NCBI GenBank assembly: GCA_965223905.1
Contig: CBDCXV010000010.1
Span: 608,001-672,000 of the forward strand
Source: Candidatus Latescibacterota bacterium
Lineage (GTDB): Bacteria; Latescibacterota; UBA2968; UBA8231
Direction: 5' to 3'
Length of the DNA stretch: 64,000 nucleotides
Below the pieces are notes generated by a model that was not told the origin of the DNA, ran no database searches, and saw nothing but the letters and a program-made list of their open reading frames with translations. Positions within the stretch are counted from its first letter, which is position 1, and the number at the start of each line of letters is the position of its first letter. Made by a program: the position numbers and the translations under genes. Shown here piece after piece: positions 41,175 through 51,698 of this stretch.

Positions 41175-41492
41175 ATGCGCAAGATCACCCAGGAGGAGTA
41201 CCAGGAGCGCCTCGACCGCATCACCGGGCTGTTCGCCGACATGGTCTCCCACGCCGACGAGCAGTCGCGCTACCGCTGCCCGTACCGCAACCGCCACGAC
41301 GAGTGCACGGCCAAGATCCGCTGCCGCAACCAGCTGCCGGCGCGCTCCGAGGGGTCTCCGCTCATCTGTGGCCACGACGGCAGCTTCGACTACCGCGACG
41401 CCTGGGACTCCGACCCCGGGGCCGTCGAGAAGGCCCGCGACAAGATGTCCCGCATCAGGGACAAGGCCGGAGACCGTCGCCGGAGCGGGTGA
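41175..41492 (+). CDS. Small Cys-rich hypothetical protein
   Basis: RCPYRNRHDECTAKIRCRNQ...ICGHD; abuts both neighbouring genes. Confidence 0.7.
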   Translation: MRKITQEEYQERLDRITGLFADMVSHADEQSRYRCPYRNRHDECTAKIRCRNQLPARSEGSPLICGHDGSFDYRDAWDSDPGAVEKARDKMSRIRDKAGDRRRSG

Positions 41493-41493
41493 C

Positions 41494-43149
41494 ATGGCCG
41501 CGGTGATCCACGACCAGGTGCGGACCGAGCTCTCCCCCGGCCGGACGATCTTCGACTACGCCGATGAGCTCGCCGTGCAGGTGCCCACCTCCTGCTACCG
41601 GACCGGCCACTGCCACGAGTGCGTGGTCGAGATCAGGAGCGGCATCGAGGCCCTGACGCCGCCGACGGAGGCGGAATCCTTCCTGCGCGACAACTACCGC
41701 CTCGCCTGCCAGGCCGAGATTCTCCGCGACGACGTCGACGTCGAGTTCGCACCGCTGCGGCGGACCCCGAAGATCCTGACCGCGGGCGTCGAAAAGGAGA
41801 TCCCCCTCGACCCGGTAGTGACGCGCCGGGGCGGCGGCGTGCTCTACGACGGCGAGCCGGTCGACGCCTACCGCGGGCACCTCTACGGGCTGGCGATCGA
41901 CCTCGGCACCACCACGGTGGTGATGCAGCTGATCGACCTGGAGTCGGGAGCGCCGGTCTCGGTCAGCTCCTTCGAGAATCCCCAGCGCTTCGGCGGCAGC
42001 GACATCATGCACCGCATTTCCTACGACGGCGGCGAATTCCGGGGAGAGCTGCAGCGGTCCCTGGCCAACGCTGTCAGCCACGAGATCCTCGAGCTGGGAA
42101 GGCGCTTCGGGTTCGCCCGGCAGGAGATCTACGAGATCGTCGTCGCCGGCAACTCGACCATGCGCGACCTGCTGTTCAAGCTCGACGTGCAGAGCATCGG
42201 GCAGAAGCCGTACAAATCGCTGATCGAGCACGAGTACCTCGAGGGCAACAGGCCGACCACCGCCCTGGTCGAGGACGCCCGCCGCCTCGGACTGCGCGCC
42301 AACCTGCGCACCAAGGTCTACAGCATGCCGCTGATCGCCAGCCACGTCGGCGCCGATACGGCCGCGGCCATCGCCGCCTGCGGCCTCGACCGCGACGCCG
42401 ACGAGGCCGCCATGATCGTCGATGTCGGCACCAACACCGAGGTCGTCGTCGCCGGGAGGGGCCGCATGCTGACCGCCTCCTGCCCGGCCGGCCCCGCCTT
42501 CGAGGGGGGCCTCGTGAAGTTCGGCATGCCGGGGTACGAGGGGGCGATCGAATCGCTGCGCCTCGCCCCGAACGGCAGCCGGGAGTTCGAGTACTCGACG
42601 ATCGGCGGGCTGCCGCCGCAGGGGATCTGCGGCTCCGGCCTGGTCGATCTCCTCGCCGAGCTGCGGCGCCGCGGACGGATGACGGAAATGGGGGTCTTCG
42701 GGGACAGGAAGCAGCGGCAGATGACCCTGATTCCCGAGCACGGCATCACCTTCTCGCGCGACGACGCCAGCAACCTCGCGCAGGCCAAGGCGGCCAACTA
42801 CTGCGGGCAGTTCATCACCCTGCGCGCTTTCGGAGTCGATCCCGGCGACGTCTCCAGGCTCTACCTCGCCGGAGGTTTCGCCAACTACATCGACGTCGGC
42901 AACGCCATCGACATCGGCTTCCTCGCCCCGGTGCCGCGGGAGCGCATCGTCAAGGTCGGCAACGCCGCGGTCCAGGGGGCCCGGGAGGTGCTGCTCAACC
43001 GGCGGCGGCGCGCCGAAATCGAAGCGCTCGTGCACGACATCGAGCACCTCGAGCTGGAGACGACGCCCGACTTCTTCGAGGTCTTCGTCGAGGGCTGCCA
43101 GTTCAAACCGATGCCGGCCCGCCTGGCCCCGGCCGCGGCGGGAGCGTGA
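41494..43149 (+). CDS. RACo/RamA-like ASKHA reductive activator of corrinoid proteins with N-terminal 2Fe-2S domain
   Basis: C-x5-C-x2-C...RLACQ, AIDLGTTT, NPQ.FG.D, GNSTM, DVGTNTE, GPAFEGG, GICGSG, LAGGF, GNAA. Confidence 0.93.
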   Translation: MAAVIHDQVRTELSPGRTIFDYADELAVQVPTSCYRTGHCHECVVEIRSGIEALTPPTEAESFLRDNYRLACQAEILRDDVDVEFAPLRRTPKILTAGVEKEIPLDPVVTRRGGGVLYDGEPVDAYRGHLYGLAIDLGTTTVVMQLIDLESGAPVSVSSFENPQRFGGSDIMHRISYDGGEFRGELQRSLANAVSHEILELGRRFGFARQEIYEIVVAGNSTMRDLLFKLDVQSIGQKPYKSLIEHEYLEGNRPTTALVEDARRLGLRANLRTKVYSMPLIASHVGADTAAAIAACGLDRDADEAAMIVDVGTNTEVVVAGRGRMLTASCPAGPAFEGGLVKFGMPGYEGAIESLRLAPNGSREFEYSTIGGLPPQGICGSGLVDLLAELRRRGRMTEMGVFGDRKQRQMTLIPEHGITFSRDDASNLAQAKAANYCGQFITLRAFGVDPGDVSRLYLAGGFANYIDVGNAIDIGFLAPVPRERIVKVGNAAVQGAREVLLNRRRRAEIEALVHDIEHLELETTPDFFEVFVEGCQFKPMPARLAPAAAGA

Positions 43150-44762
43150 GGCCGGTGAGCACCGCGACGTCAGCCGCCGGTCCCTGGAACAAGCGCTCGC
43201 TGCGCCACCTGCTCGAACGCACCTGCGAGTTCGCCACCGTCGTCGAGCTGGTCAACTCGCGCGGCGTCATCACCGAGCGCGGTGGCAGCAAGGTGATGCA
43301 GCTGGCCCGCGGCCTCGCCGACCTGCCCGGGATCCACGCCCTGAGCATCACCGACAACCCGGGCGGCAACGCCGTTCTCAGCGCCGACACCCTCGGCTTC
43401 GACCTGCTCTCGCGGGGGCAGGACGTCATCATCCACCTCTCCTGCAAGGACTGGAACCGCAACGGCCTGCAGAGCCACGCCTGGCAGCTGGCCAGCGAGG
43501 GGTTCGAGAGCATTCTCGCCCTCTCAGGCGACTACCCCGCCGACGGCTACCGCGGCCGCGCCAGCGGCGTCTTCGACATCGACTCGGTCGGCCTCCTGAA
43601 AATGCTCTCCGACATGAATCAGGGGCTGGAAACGCGGACCCCAAAGGGCCGCCGGGCGCGCATGAAACGGACCGACTTCTTCCTCGGCGCCGTGGTGAAC
43701 AACTACAAGCGTCACGAGCGCGAGGTCATGCCGCAGTACTTCAAGCTCGCCGCCAAAGTCGCGGCCGGGGCCGCCTTCGTCATCAACCAGATCGGCTACA
43801 ACGCCCGCAAGATGGACGAGCTGGTCAAATACATGGCGCTCAAGGGAATGAACGTTCCGGTCCTCGCCAACGTCTACGTCCTCAGCGGACCCGCGGCGCG
43901 CTACTTCAACGCCGGCCGCATTCCCGGAGTGGTGGTGTCGGACGAGCTGCTCGCCGAAGTCGAGAGGTACGCCCGCGGCCGGGACAAGGGCAAGGGATTC
44001 CTTCTCGAGTTCGCCGCCAGGCAGTGCGCCGTCGCCCGCGGCCTCGGCTACCGCGGCGCCTACCTCGGCGGCCACCTCAAACAGGATGATTACGCGCGCA
44101 TTCTCGAGCTGACGGCCTCCTACGGCGACGGCGACTGGCGGGATTTCGCCGCGGATTTCCGCTACGGTTTCCCGGACGAGTTCCACTTCTTCGAGGCCGA
44201 CCCGGAGACCGGACTCTCCTCCACCGAGATCAACCGCGAGTACGAGGCTTCGCGAACCCCCGAGGCCCGCCGCGCCCTGCGCCGCCAGGTGCCGCTGGCC
44301 TACAAGCTCAACCGGGCCGCCCACGAGGTTCTGTTCGAGCCGGACCGCCCGGCATTCAAGGCCGGCGAAAAACTGTTCGCCGCGGCCGATAACAGCGAGG
44401 GGCCGCGCAGGCTCCTTCACGCCGTCGAGCAGGCGGTCAAGGTGCCGGCCTTCGACTGCCGCGACTGCGGCGACTGCTCCCTGCCGGACATCGCCTTCCT
44501 CTGCCCGGAGTCGCAGTGCGTCAAGAACCAGCGCAACGGTCCCTGCGGCGGCACCCGCGACGGCAAGTGCGAGGTCGGGGAGAAGGACTGCATCTGGGCG
44601 CGGGCGTACGACCGCCTCAAAGCCTACGGGGAGGAGGAAGGGATGCTGGAGCGGCCGGTCGTCTACCGCGACGGCACTCTCGAAGGGACCAGCGCCTGGG
44701 GCAACACCTTCCTCGGACGCGACCACCACGCCGCGAACCATTCCGGGGCGCAGGCGGAATGA
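43146..44762 (+). CDS. metF: Methylenetetrahydrofolate reductase (MetF) fused to a C-terminal Cys-rich MetV-like domain
   Basis: ITDNPGG, HLSCKDWNR, LSGD, FDIDSV; C-terminal CRDCGDC...CPESQC.KNQRNGPCGG...C...CIW. Confidence 0.88.
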   Translation: MRPVSTATSAAGPWNKRSLRHLLERTCEFATVVELVNSRGVITERGGSKVMQLARGLADLPGIHALSITDNPGGNAVLSADTLGFDLLSRGQDVIIHLSCKDWNRNGLQSHAWQLASEGFESILALSGDYPADGYRGRASGVFDIDSVGLLKMLSDMNQGLETRTPKGRRARMKRTDFFLGAVVNNYKRHEREVMPQYFKLAAKVAAGAAFVINQIGYNARKMDELVKYMALKGMNVPVLANVYVLSGPAARYFNAGRIPGVVVSDELLAEVERYARGRDKGKGFLLEFAARQCAVARGLGYRGAYLGGHLKQDDYARILELTASYGDGDWRDFAADFRYGFPDEFHFFEADPETGLSSTEINREYEASRTPEARRALRRQVPLAYKLNRAAHEVLFEPDRPAFKAGEKLFAAADNSEGPRRLLHAVEQAVKVPAFDCRDCGDCSLPDIAFLCPESQCVKNQRNGPCGGTRDGKCEVGEKDCIWARAYDRLKAYGEEEGMLERPVVYRDGTLEGTSAWGNTFLGRDHHAANHSGAQAE

Positions 44763-44784
44763 ACCATTTTTCCTGGAAAAGCGA

Positions 44785-45861
44785 ATGAAGCTGCAGGACC
44801 CCGATCTCGACTTCGTCATCGTCGGCGAGAATATCCACACCACGCGGGTGGTGATGCGCCGCGGCAAGCTGGTGACCGCGGACGCCGACGGCCGCGAAGC
44901 GGTGCGCTACACCTCGGCCGCGGGCGAACGCCGCCACCTGGCTATCCCCGAGGCGGTGAAGCGCACCCAGGATTACGAGGAGGGGCGCGTCAAGCACGTC
45001 AAGATCGCCCTGCAGGGGGCGATGTCCGGGGAGGGCGAACCCGCGGCAGAGGGAATGCAGTACCTCGAACGGCTGGTTCAGCGCCAGGAACAGGCTGGGG
45101 CCGACTTCCTCGACCTCAACGTCGACGAGATCTCGCTGAAACTCGAAGAGCAGAAGGCGGCGATGGCCTGGCTCGTGCGCACTGTGCAAGGCATGTCGGA
45201 AATCCCGGTGTCCGTCGATTCCTCCAATGTCGAGACCATCGCCACCGGCCTGGAGGCGTGCGACAAGTCCAAGGGGCGGCCGCTGCTCAACTCCGCCTCG
45301 CTCGAGCGCCTCGAAGCTCTCGATCTCGCCGTCGAGAACGACGCCGGCGTCATCGTCACCGCGGCCGGCGATTCCGGGATGCCGGAGAGCGCCGAGGAGC
45401 GCATCGGCAATGCCTCGCGCATGGTCGATGCGGCTTTCGACAGGGGGATTGCCGACAGCGACATCTACATCGACCCGCTGATATTCCCGATCTCGGTGGA
45501 CGGCCGCTTCGGCCTTCACAGCTTCGAGGCGATCCGCGGCCTGCGCGAGAAATACGGCCCCCGCATTCACATAACCGGGGGCATGAGCAACGTTTCATTC
45601 GGCATCCCGAGCCGCAAGTGGATCAACGACGTCTTCATGATGCTCGCGGTCGAGGCCGGGGCCGACAGCGGCATCATCGATCCGGTGACCAGCCGGCCGG
45701 ACAAGGTGTTCGCCCTCGACCGCAGCTCACGTCCCTACCAGCTGGCCGAGGACGTGCTGATGGGCAGGGACGAGCACTGCGCCGGGTACATCCGGGCTTG
45801 GCGAAAGGGGGAGCTCGGAGACGGCGGCCCCGCGCGCCGCAGGCCGCGGCCGAGGAGATGA
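44785..45861 (+). CDS. Pterin-binding (DHPS-fold) methyltetrahydrofolate:corrinoid methyltransferase (AcsE / MetH folate module)
   Basis: IVGENI, GADFLDLN, SVDSS, LLNS, IDPL, GMSNVSFG, GIIDP. Confidence 0.88.
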   Translation: MKLQDPDLDFVIVGENIHTTRVVMRRGKLVTADADGREAVRYTSAAGERRHLAIPEAVKRTQDYEEGRVKHVKIALQGAMSGEGEPAAEGMQYLERLVQRQEQAGADFLDLNVDEISLKLEEQKAAMAWLVRTVQGMSEIPVSVDSSNVETIATGLEACDKSKGRPLLNSASLERLEALDLAVENDAGVIVTAAGDSGMPESAEERIGNASRMVDAAFDRGIADSDIYIDPLIFPISVDGRFGLHSFEAIRGLREKYGPRIHITGGMSNVSFGIPSRKWINDVFMMLAVEAGADSGIIDPVTSRPDKVFALDRSSRPYQLAEDVLMGRDEHCAGYIRAWRKGELGDGGPARRRPRPRR

Positions 45862-46871
45862 AACCGCTTCTCGAGCGCCTGGAGGAAGGCCCACTCCTCT
45901 ACGACGGCGCCTTCGGCACCGAGCTGTTCGCCCGCGGCATCGAGCTGCCGAACAGCGCCATGGCCAACCAGCTGCATCCCGACGCCGTCCTCGACATCCA
46001 TCGCCGCTACATCGAGGCGGGCTCCGAGATGATCCACGTCAACACCTTCGTCGGCTCTCCGCTTCACCTCGAGATGGCCGACCCCGAAGCCGATGCCGGC
46101 CGCATCGCCGCCCTGGCCGTCGCCCACGCCCGCCGGGCGGCCGCGGAAGCAGGGCGCGATATCTATGTCGCAGGCAGCCTCGGCCCTTCCCCCGGCGCCA
46201 TCGAAGCGGATGCCGGCGGCACCGATTTCGGCATCCCGGACGCCAAGGTCCGCGACGCCCACCAGCGGGTCGCCGCGGCCCTGGCAGAGGGAGGGGTCGA
46301 CCTCTTCGTCATCGAAACGATGTTTTCCGCCAACGAAGCGGCGATCGCCGTCGACGTCGCGCGCCGTTTCGGGCTTCCCGTCGCCCTCTGCCTCACCTAC
46401 AAGTACACGCGGGACCGCCATACCCGGGGGATCGTCTACAGGACCGACTGGGGCCACTCCGCAGGGGACCTGCTCGAAGTCCTCGCCTCGGGGAAGCACT
46501 CCAACGGCGACGACCTCTTGGAATCGGTCGACCTGCTCGGGCTGAACTGCGGCGCCGAGCAGCGCCGCCGCGAGCACACCGGCATGCCGTACGCCCTGCT
46601 CGGCATCGAGCAGCTCAATGAGGCGATGGATGCCCGCGGCATGGCCCGCAAGAAGACGATCGCCTTCCCGAACGCGGGCATGCCCCGTCTCGACGAGCGC
46701 CAGCGCACCGTGTATTCGCAGACCCCGGAAGAGATGGCGGCCGAGGTCCCCGCCCTGCTCGCCGCCGGCGCCGCGGTCGTCGGGGGATGCTGCGGAACCG
46801 ACCCCGACCATATCCGTGGATTCGCCGCAGCCATGGCCGCGGCCGGTTGGCCGCGGCAGCAGGAGCAATAG
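45858..46871 (+). CDS. Homocysteine S-methyltransferase domain protein (stand-alone MetH homocysteine module)
   Basis: [42 protein letters not shown]. Confidence 0.9.
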   Translation: MKPLLERLEEGPLLYDGAFGTELFARGIELPNSAMANQLHPDAVLDIHRRYIEAGSEMIHVNTFVGSPLHLEMADPEADAGRIAALAVAHARRAAAEAGRDIYVAGSLGPSPGAIEADAGGTDFGIPDAKVRDAHQRVAAALAEGGVDLFVIETMFSANEAAIAVDVARRFGLPVALCLTYKYTRDRHTRGIVYRTDWGHSAGDLLEVLASGKHSNGDDLLESVDLLGLNCGAEQRRREHTGMPYALLGIEQLNEAMDARGMARKKTIAFPNAGMPRLDERQRTVYSQTPEEMAAEVPALLAAGAAVVGGCCGTDPDHIRGFAAAMAAAGWPRQQEQ

Positions 46872-46874
46872 CAG

Positions 46875-47141
46875 ATGGCCCAATACCAGATCCTCTTCTG
46901 GCAGGACATCCCCGCCCAGGTCCGCGTCTTCGACGGGCGCCGGCCGCTTTCGCAAAAAATGCCCGACCGCTTCCAGGAGGCGATCGACCAGTCGGCGATG
47001 GAGCAGGGGCTCGAGGGCACCGACGACTACCTCGAGCAGTGGAGCTGGACCGCCAGGCAGGAGCGGCCCGGCAGCCCGCAGGAGGTGCTCGAAGCGCTCC
47101 TGACCGAGCTCGAAGTGGAGTTCGACCGCAGGGACTCATGA
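46875..47141 (+). CDS. 'Virulence factor' (Virulence_fact) family small protein, typical of split-MetH/corrinoid clusters
   Basis: [27 protein letters not shown]. Confidence 0.8.
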   Translation: MAQYQILFWQDIPAQVRVFDGRRPLSQKMPDRFQEAIDQSAMEQGLEGTDDYLEQWSWTARQERPGSPQEVLEALLTELEVEFDRRDS

Positions 47142-49036
47142 GCACCTACCCCAAGACCTACGACGTCGTCGTCGTCGGGGGCGGTCACGCCGGCACCGAG
47201 GCGGCCCTCGCCGCCGCCCGCATGGGGGCCGAAACCCTGCTGCTGACCATGAACCTCGACACCGTGGCGCAGATGTCGTGCAACCCCGCCATCGGCGGTA
47301 TCGGCAAGGGCCACATGGTCGTGGAGATCGACGCCCTCGGGGGCGCCATGGCCGCCAACACCGACCGCTCCGGGATCCAGTTCCGCCGCCTCAACACCAG
47401 CCGCGGTCCCGCGGTGCGCGCCTGCCGCGCCCAGTGCGACAAGAAGGTGTACCAGCTCGAAATGAAGTACACCTGCGAAGCCCAGGACCGCCTCGACCTG
47501 CGCCAGGGAATGATGGAGAGCCTGATCGTCGAAGGCGGCCGCGTCACTGGGGTCGGGGTCAAGGGGGGGATCCTCTACCGGGGGCGCACCGTCATCCTGA
47601 CCACGGGAACCTTCCTCAAGGGCAGGATCCACGTCGGCGACTTCAGCTACAACTCCGGCCGCGCCGGGGAGGCGGCCGCCGACAGGGCCTCGGAGGGTCT
47701 CGCCTCCCTCGGGTTCGAGATCGGGCGCCTGAAGACCGGCACCCCGCCCCGCGTCAACGGCCGCAGCATCGACTTCGACGCCCTCGAGAGGCAGCCGGGC
47801 GACGACCCGCCGCGAATGTTCTCGTACGAAAGCGAGGGCCCGGTGCTGCCGCAGCTCCCCTGCTGGATCGCCTACACCAACAGCGAAACCCATGACCTCA
47901 TCCGCGGCAACCTCGGCCGCTCTGCCATGTACAGCGGCCGCATCGAGGGGGTGGGACCGCGCTACTGCCCCTCGATCGAGGACAAGATCGTCAAGTTCGC
48001 CGACCGCGAGCGCCACCAGGTCTTCGTCGAGCCGGAGGGAGTCCGCACCCTCGAGTTCTACATCAACGGCCTGTCGATGAGCCTGCCCGAAGAGCTCCAG
48101 CACGACATCCTGCGCACCGTTCCCGGTCTCGAGCGCGCCGAGATCATGCGCCCCGCCTACGCCGTCGAGTACGACTACGCGCCGCCGACGCAGCTGTACG
48201 CGTGGCTGGAAACCAAGCTCGTCGACTCGCTCTTCTTCGCCGGGCAGATCAACGGCACCACCGGGTACGAGGAAGCCGCGGCCCAGGGCCAGCTCGCCGG
48301 CATCAACGCCGTGCTCAAGGGGCGCGGCGAGGAGCCGTTCGTGCTGAAGCGCTCCGAGGCTTACATGGGGGTGCTGGTCGACGACCTGGTGACCAAGGGA
48401 ACGCCGGAGCCGTACCGGATGTTCACCTCGCGCGCCGAGTACCGCCTGCTGCTGCGCGAGGACAACGCCGACTACCGGCTGATGGAACACGGGCGCCGCT
48501 TCGGAATGGTGGGAGACAGTGCCTGGAACCGGTTCCGGCGCAAGCAGCGGGACGTCGCCGAGGAGCTGGCGCGGCTGCGCAGCGTGCGCATCCGGCCCGG
48601 GGAAGGAGTGAACGAGGTGCTGGAAAGACAGGGCACGGCGAAGATCTCCGAGGCGGCCCTGCTCGCCGACCTGCTGCGGAGGCCGCAGCTCGGGTACGAC
48701 GACGTCTGCGAGCTGTCGCCCCCGCCGCGGCCCCTGCCAGCCGACGCCGCCGAGCACGTCGAGGCGGAGATCAAGTATGAAGGGTACATCGACCGGCAGC
48801 AGCAGGAGGTCGCCAAGGTACGGCGCCTCGAGGAGCTCGTCATACCGGCCGATTTCGACTTCGAGGCGGAGGCCGACAAGCTGTCGACGGAGGCGCGCCA
48901 GAAGCTCTCCGCGGTGCGGCCCCGCACCCTGGGACAGGCCTCCCGGATCTCGGGTGTCTCCCCCGCGGACGTATCCTCCCTGATGGTCATCCTGCACGCC
49001 CGCCGGGCAAATGCGGATACGGTTCCACCCCGGTGA
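47138..49036 (+). CDS. mnmG: tRNA uridine-5-carboxymethylaminomethyl modification enzyme MnmG
   Basis: [68 protein letters not shown]. Confidence 0.98.
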   Translation: MSTYPKTYDVVVVGGGHAGTEAALAAARMGAETLLLTMNLDTVAQMSCNPAIGGIGKGHMVVEIDALGGAMAANTDRSGIQFRRLNTSRGPAVRACRAQCDKKVYQLEMKYTCEAQDRLDLRQGMMESLIVEGGRVTGVGVKGGILYRGRTVILTTGTFLKGRIHVGDFSYNSGRAGEAAADRASEGLASLGFEIGRLKTGTPPRVNGRSIDFDALERQPGDDPPRMFSYESEGPVLPQLPCWIAYTNSETHDLIRGNLGRSAMYSGRIEGVGPRYCPSIEDKIVKFADRERHQVFVEPEGVRTLEFYINGLSMSLPEELQHDILRTVPGLERAEIMRPAYAVEYDYAPPTQLYAWLETKLVDSLFFAGQINGTTGYEEAAAQGQLAGINAVLKGRGEEPFVLKRSEAYMGVLVDDLVTKGTPEPYRMFTSRAEYRLLLREDNADYRLMEHGRRFGMVGDSAWNRFRRKQRDVAEELARLRSVRIRPGEGVNEVLERQGTAKISEAALLADLLRRPQLGYDDVCELSPPPRPLPADAAEHVEAEIKYEGYIDRQQQEVAKVRRLEELVIPADFDFEAEADKLSTEARQKLSAVRPRTLGQASRISGVSPADVSSLMVILHARRANADTVPPR

Positions 49037-49393
49037 AAAATCGATGCCCTGCGTCCCCATCGGATTTGCCCCCGCTTCCGGTCCCGCGAGCCGGCCGGTC
49101 GCACCCCTTCCTTCAGCCAGGCCTGGTAGCTTCCACCGGGGTGATCCATCCGCCTGCGGGCATGTCCGAGTCCTCCGCAGCCGGCGTTCCCCTTCGACAG
49201 CGACTCGAACCGCTCGCTTTCCCCGCAAATCTGCCGGTGGAGCGGGCGCTTGCGGAACCCTGAATGATTGGTTAGATACAGTGTTTCGTTTTTCTTCCGC
49301 CCGCATGGGTTTCACTGCTTGCATGATGCGGCGCTTCTTGCAGGGACCTCGCCGAAATCCGCTACCCCGCGTCATCACAGGAGAACAGTTTTT

Positions 49394-50107
49394 TTGCGTT
49401 TGATCCTTTTGGGTGCCCCTGGCTCCGGTAAGGGGACGCAGGCCAAGAGGCTTGTCGAGCACTTCGGCATCCTTCAGGTATGCACTGGCGACATGCTCCG
49501 GGAAGCCGTTGCCTCGCAAAGCGATCTCGGGGTCCTCGTGGAACACTACATGAGGGTCGGGCACCTCGTGCCCGACCCTCATGTCAATCAACTAGTCGCC
49601 GAGCGCCTTGCCCAGGAGGACGCCGGCGATGGCTTCGTCATGGACGGGTACCCCCGGACCCTCCCCCAGGTCGACTCGTTCCAGGAGCTGCTCGACCGCC
49701 GCGGCCTGCAGCTCGACGGCGTCCTCTTCATCGACGTCCCGGACGAGGCGGTAATCCACCGCATGACCGGACGCCGAGTCGACCCGCTGACAGGGGCGAT
49801 CTACAACCTCCACCTCGACGGCGCCCCGCCCGCGGCCGAGGTCGCCGGGCGCCTCGAGCAGCGCCCGGACGACACCGAGGAGGTGATCCGCGAACGCATG
49901 GAGACCTTTCACCGCGAGACCGGCCCCGTGATCGCCCGTTACCGGTGTCTGGGGAGGCTGATCACCGTCGACGGAAACGCCGATTCCGACACTGTCTTCA
50001 AGGATGTAGCTGCTTCATTTTCCTCCGGCGACCCGACTCTGTCCAGGCCTTCTCTGGACAAGATCCGGCAGCAGTTCCCGGCGCCGGCCCCGGAACCCAG
50101 GCAATGA
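49394..50107 (+). CDS. adk: Adenylate kinase
   Basis: LLGAPGSGKGTQA, TGDMLRE, DGYPRT, RPDD; TTG start after AGGAG. Confidence 0.93.
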   Translation: MRLILLGAPGSGKGTQAKRLVEHFGILQVCTGDMLREAVASQSDLGVLVEHYMRVGHLVPDPHVNQLVAERLAQEDAGDGFVMDGYPRTLPQVDSFQELLDRRGLQLDGVLFIDVPDEAVIHRMTGRRVDPLTGAIYNLHLDGAPPAAEVAGRLEQRPDDTEEVIRERMETFHRETGPVIARYRCLGRLITVDGNADSDTVFKDVAASFSSGDPTLSRPSLDKIRQQFPAPAPEPRQ

Positions 50108-50433
50108 CCGAAGCCGACAAACTGTCCCTCTACAAGACCGGCCTGGACCACTACGCCCGGCAGGAGTTCGAGGCCGCGGCCGACGCCTTTCGCCGGGCTC
50201 TCGAGATCGATCCCGAATTTGCCGATGTCCACCAGGCCCTGGCACACGTCCGGGAAAAGCTCGGGGATTTCGACGCTGCCCTGGAATCGGCGAAGCGCGC
50301 CGCGGAGATCAATCCCGACGACTTCCTCGTCCACACCAGCCTGTCGATGTTCTACCAGCGCAAGGGCATGATCGCCGAAGCCGAGGCGTCGAAAGCCAGG
50401 GCCGCGGAGCTGCTGCTGCAACAAGGGGGCTGA
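50104..50433 (+). CDS. Tetratricopeptide repeat protein
   Basis: AFRRALEIDPEFAD..., AAEINPDD..HTSLS.FYQRKG. Confidence 0.85.
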   Translation: MTEADKLSLYKTGLDHYARQEFEAAADAFRRALEIDPEFADVHQALAHVREKLGDFDAALESAKRAAEINPDDFLVHTSLSMFYQRKGMIAEAEASKARAAELLLQQGG

Positions 50434-50482
50434 TCCGCTTTCCCAGGCCTCCCGGGACGCTCGGGCGCCACCGGCAGCAACC

Positions 50483-51601
50483 ATGTCCTCCTCCCCTCTC
50501 GCCACAGCACCGGCGCCAACCCATCCCGGACCGTCCCAAAACGAGCCGGAGCCCGGCTTTCGGATCGGGCCCCATCGGGTTCGTCCCCTGCGCCCGGACA
50601 TGCCGGTGCTCTCCCTCGCCCCGATGGCGGGGGTGGGGAACTGGGTGTTCCGCCTGATCTGCGCCCGCCTGGGGGCGCGCACCGTCGGGGTGGAGTTCAT
50701 CAACTGCCGGGTGATCGGGGAAAACTCGGCGCGCACCCGCAGACTGCTCGACTTCTCCGACGCCGCGGTCTACGACCGCACCGGAATGTCCCTTCTCGCC
50801 GCCCAGATCTACGGCAACGACATCGAGCTCATCGCCGCGGGGGCGCGCGAGTTCGAAAGGCGCGGATGCCACCTCGTCGACATCAATTTCGGCTGCAGCG
50901 TGCCCCAGATCCTGCGCAAGGGATGCGGCGCCGCGTACCTGCGTGACCTCGACCGCCTGTACCGCGCCGTGCGCGCCGCGGTCGAGGCGGTTTCCATCCC
51001 CGTCATCGTCAAGACCCGCATCGGTTGGGACGCCGATTCGGTCAACATCGTCGAGGTGATAAAACGCTGCGAGGAGGCCGGCGCCCGGGCGATCGCCGTT
51101 CACGCCCGCACCGTGGAACAGAAATACAAGGGCAGGGCGGACTGGGGCTGGATAGCCGCGGCAGTGGAGGCGGCAAGCGTGCCGGTGTTCGGCAACGGCG
51201 ACGTGCACACCTACGAGGACGCCGTCGCCATGAGCGAGCAGACCGGCTGCGCCGGCGTCATGGTCGGGCGCGCCGCCATCGCCAACCCGTGGATCTTCGC
51301 CGGCAGGAGGAACGTCGGACTGCCGGAGCGCATCGACCTCGCCATCGAGCAGTTGAAGCTGATGGCGCGCCACAAGGGGGACCGGGTCGGGGTGCTCGAA
51401 ACCCGCAAGCACCTCGCCCTCTACTTCAAGGACCTCGACAGGAACTCGGCGACGCGGCGCAGTATTCTGACCACGGGGTCGCTGCCGGAGCTGATCGAGG
51501 TGCTGTGCGCCTGGCGGGAACGCGGCGGCGCCGAGCCTGAGGCCGACCTGGGACTGACCGACGCCGAGGCCGGGTCCCTCGCCTGGGGCGGCAACGGCTG
51601 A
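50483..51601 (+). CDS. dusB: tRNA-dihydrouridine synthase
   Basis: LAPMAG, QIYG, DINFGC, VKTRIGWD, VHART, GNGDV, MVGRAA..NPW; start uncertain. Confidence 0.88.
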   Translation: MSSSPLATAPAPTHPGPSQNEPEPGFRIGPHRVRPLRPDMPVLSLAPMAGVGNWVFRLICARLGARTVGVEFINCRVIGENSARTRRLLDFSDAAVYDRTGMSLLAAQIYGNDIELIAAGAREFERRGCHLVDINFGCSVPQILRKGCGAAYLRDLDRLYRAVRAAVEAVSIPVIVKTRIGWDADSVNIVEVIKRCEEAGARAIAVHARTVEQKYKGRADWGWIAAAVEAASVPVFGNGDVHTYEDAVAMSEQTGCAGVMVGRAAIANPWIFAGRRNVGLPERIDLAIEQLKLMARHKGDRVGVLETRKHLALYFKDLDRNSATRRSILTTGSLPELIEVLCAWRERGGAEPEADLGLTDAEAGSLAWGGNG

Positions 51602-51698
51602 TACGGACCCGCGCCGCGGCCGCTTCCCCGATTGACCCCTCCGGTTCTCAGGCTGATATTGGCGGGCTTCCCCCCAGCGCGCAGCGCGGAAAGAACAG

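Noticed and set aside
38631-47141. Methanogenesis or complete Wood-Ljungdahl pathway
   Set aside because: No mcr, mtr, acsB, cooS or CoFeSP genes are present in the window; only methyl-transfer modules.
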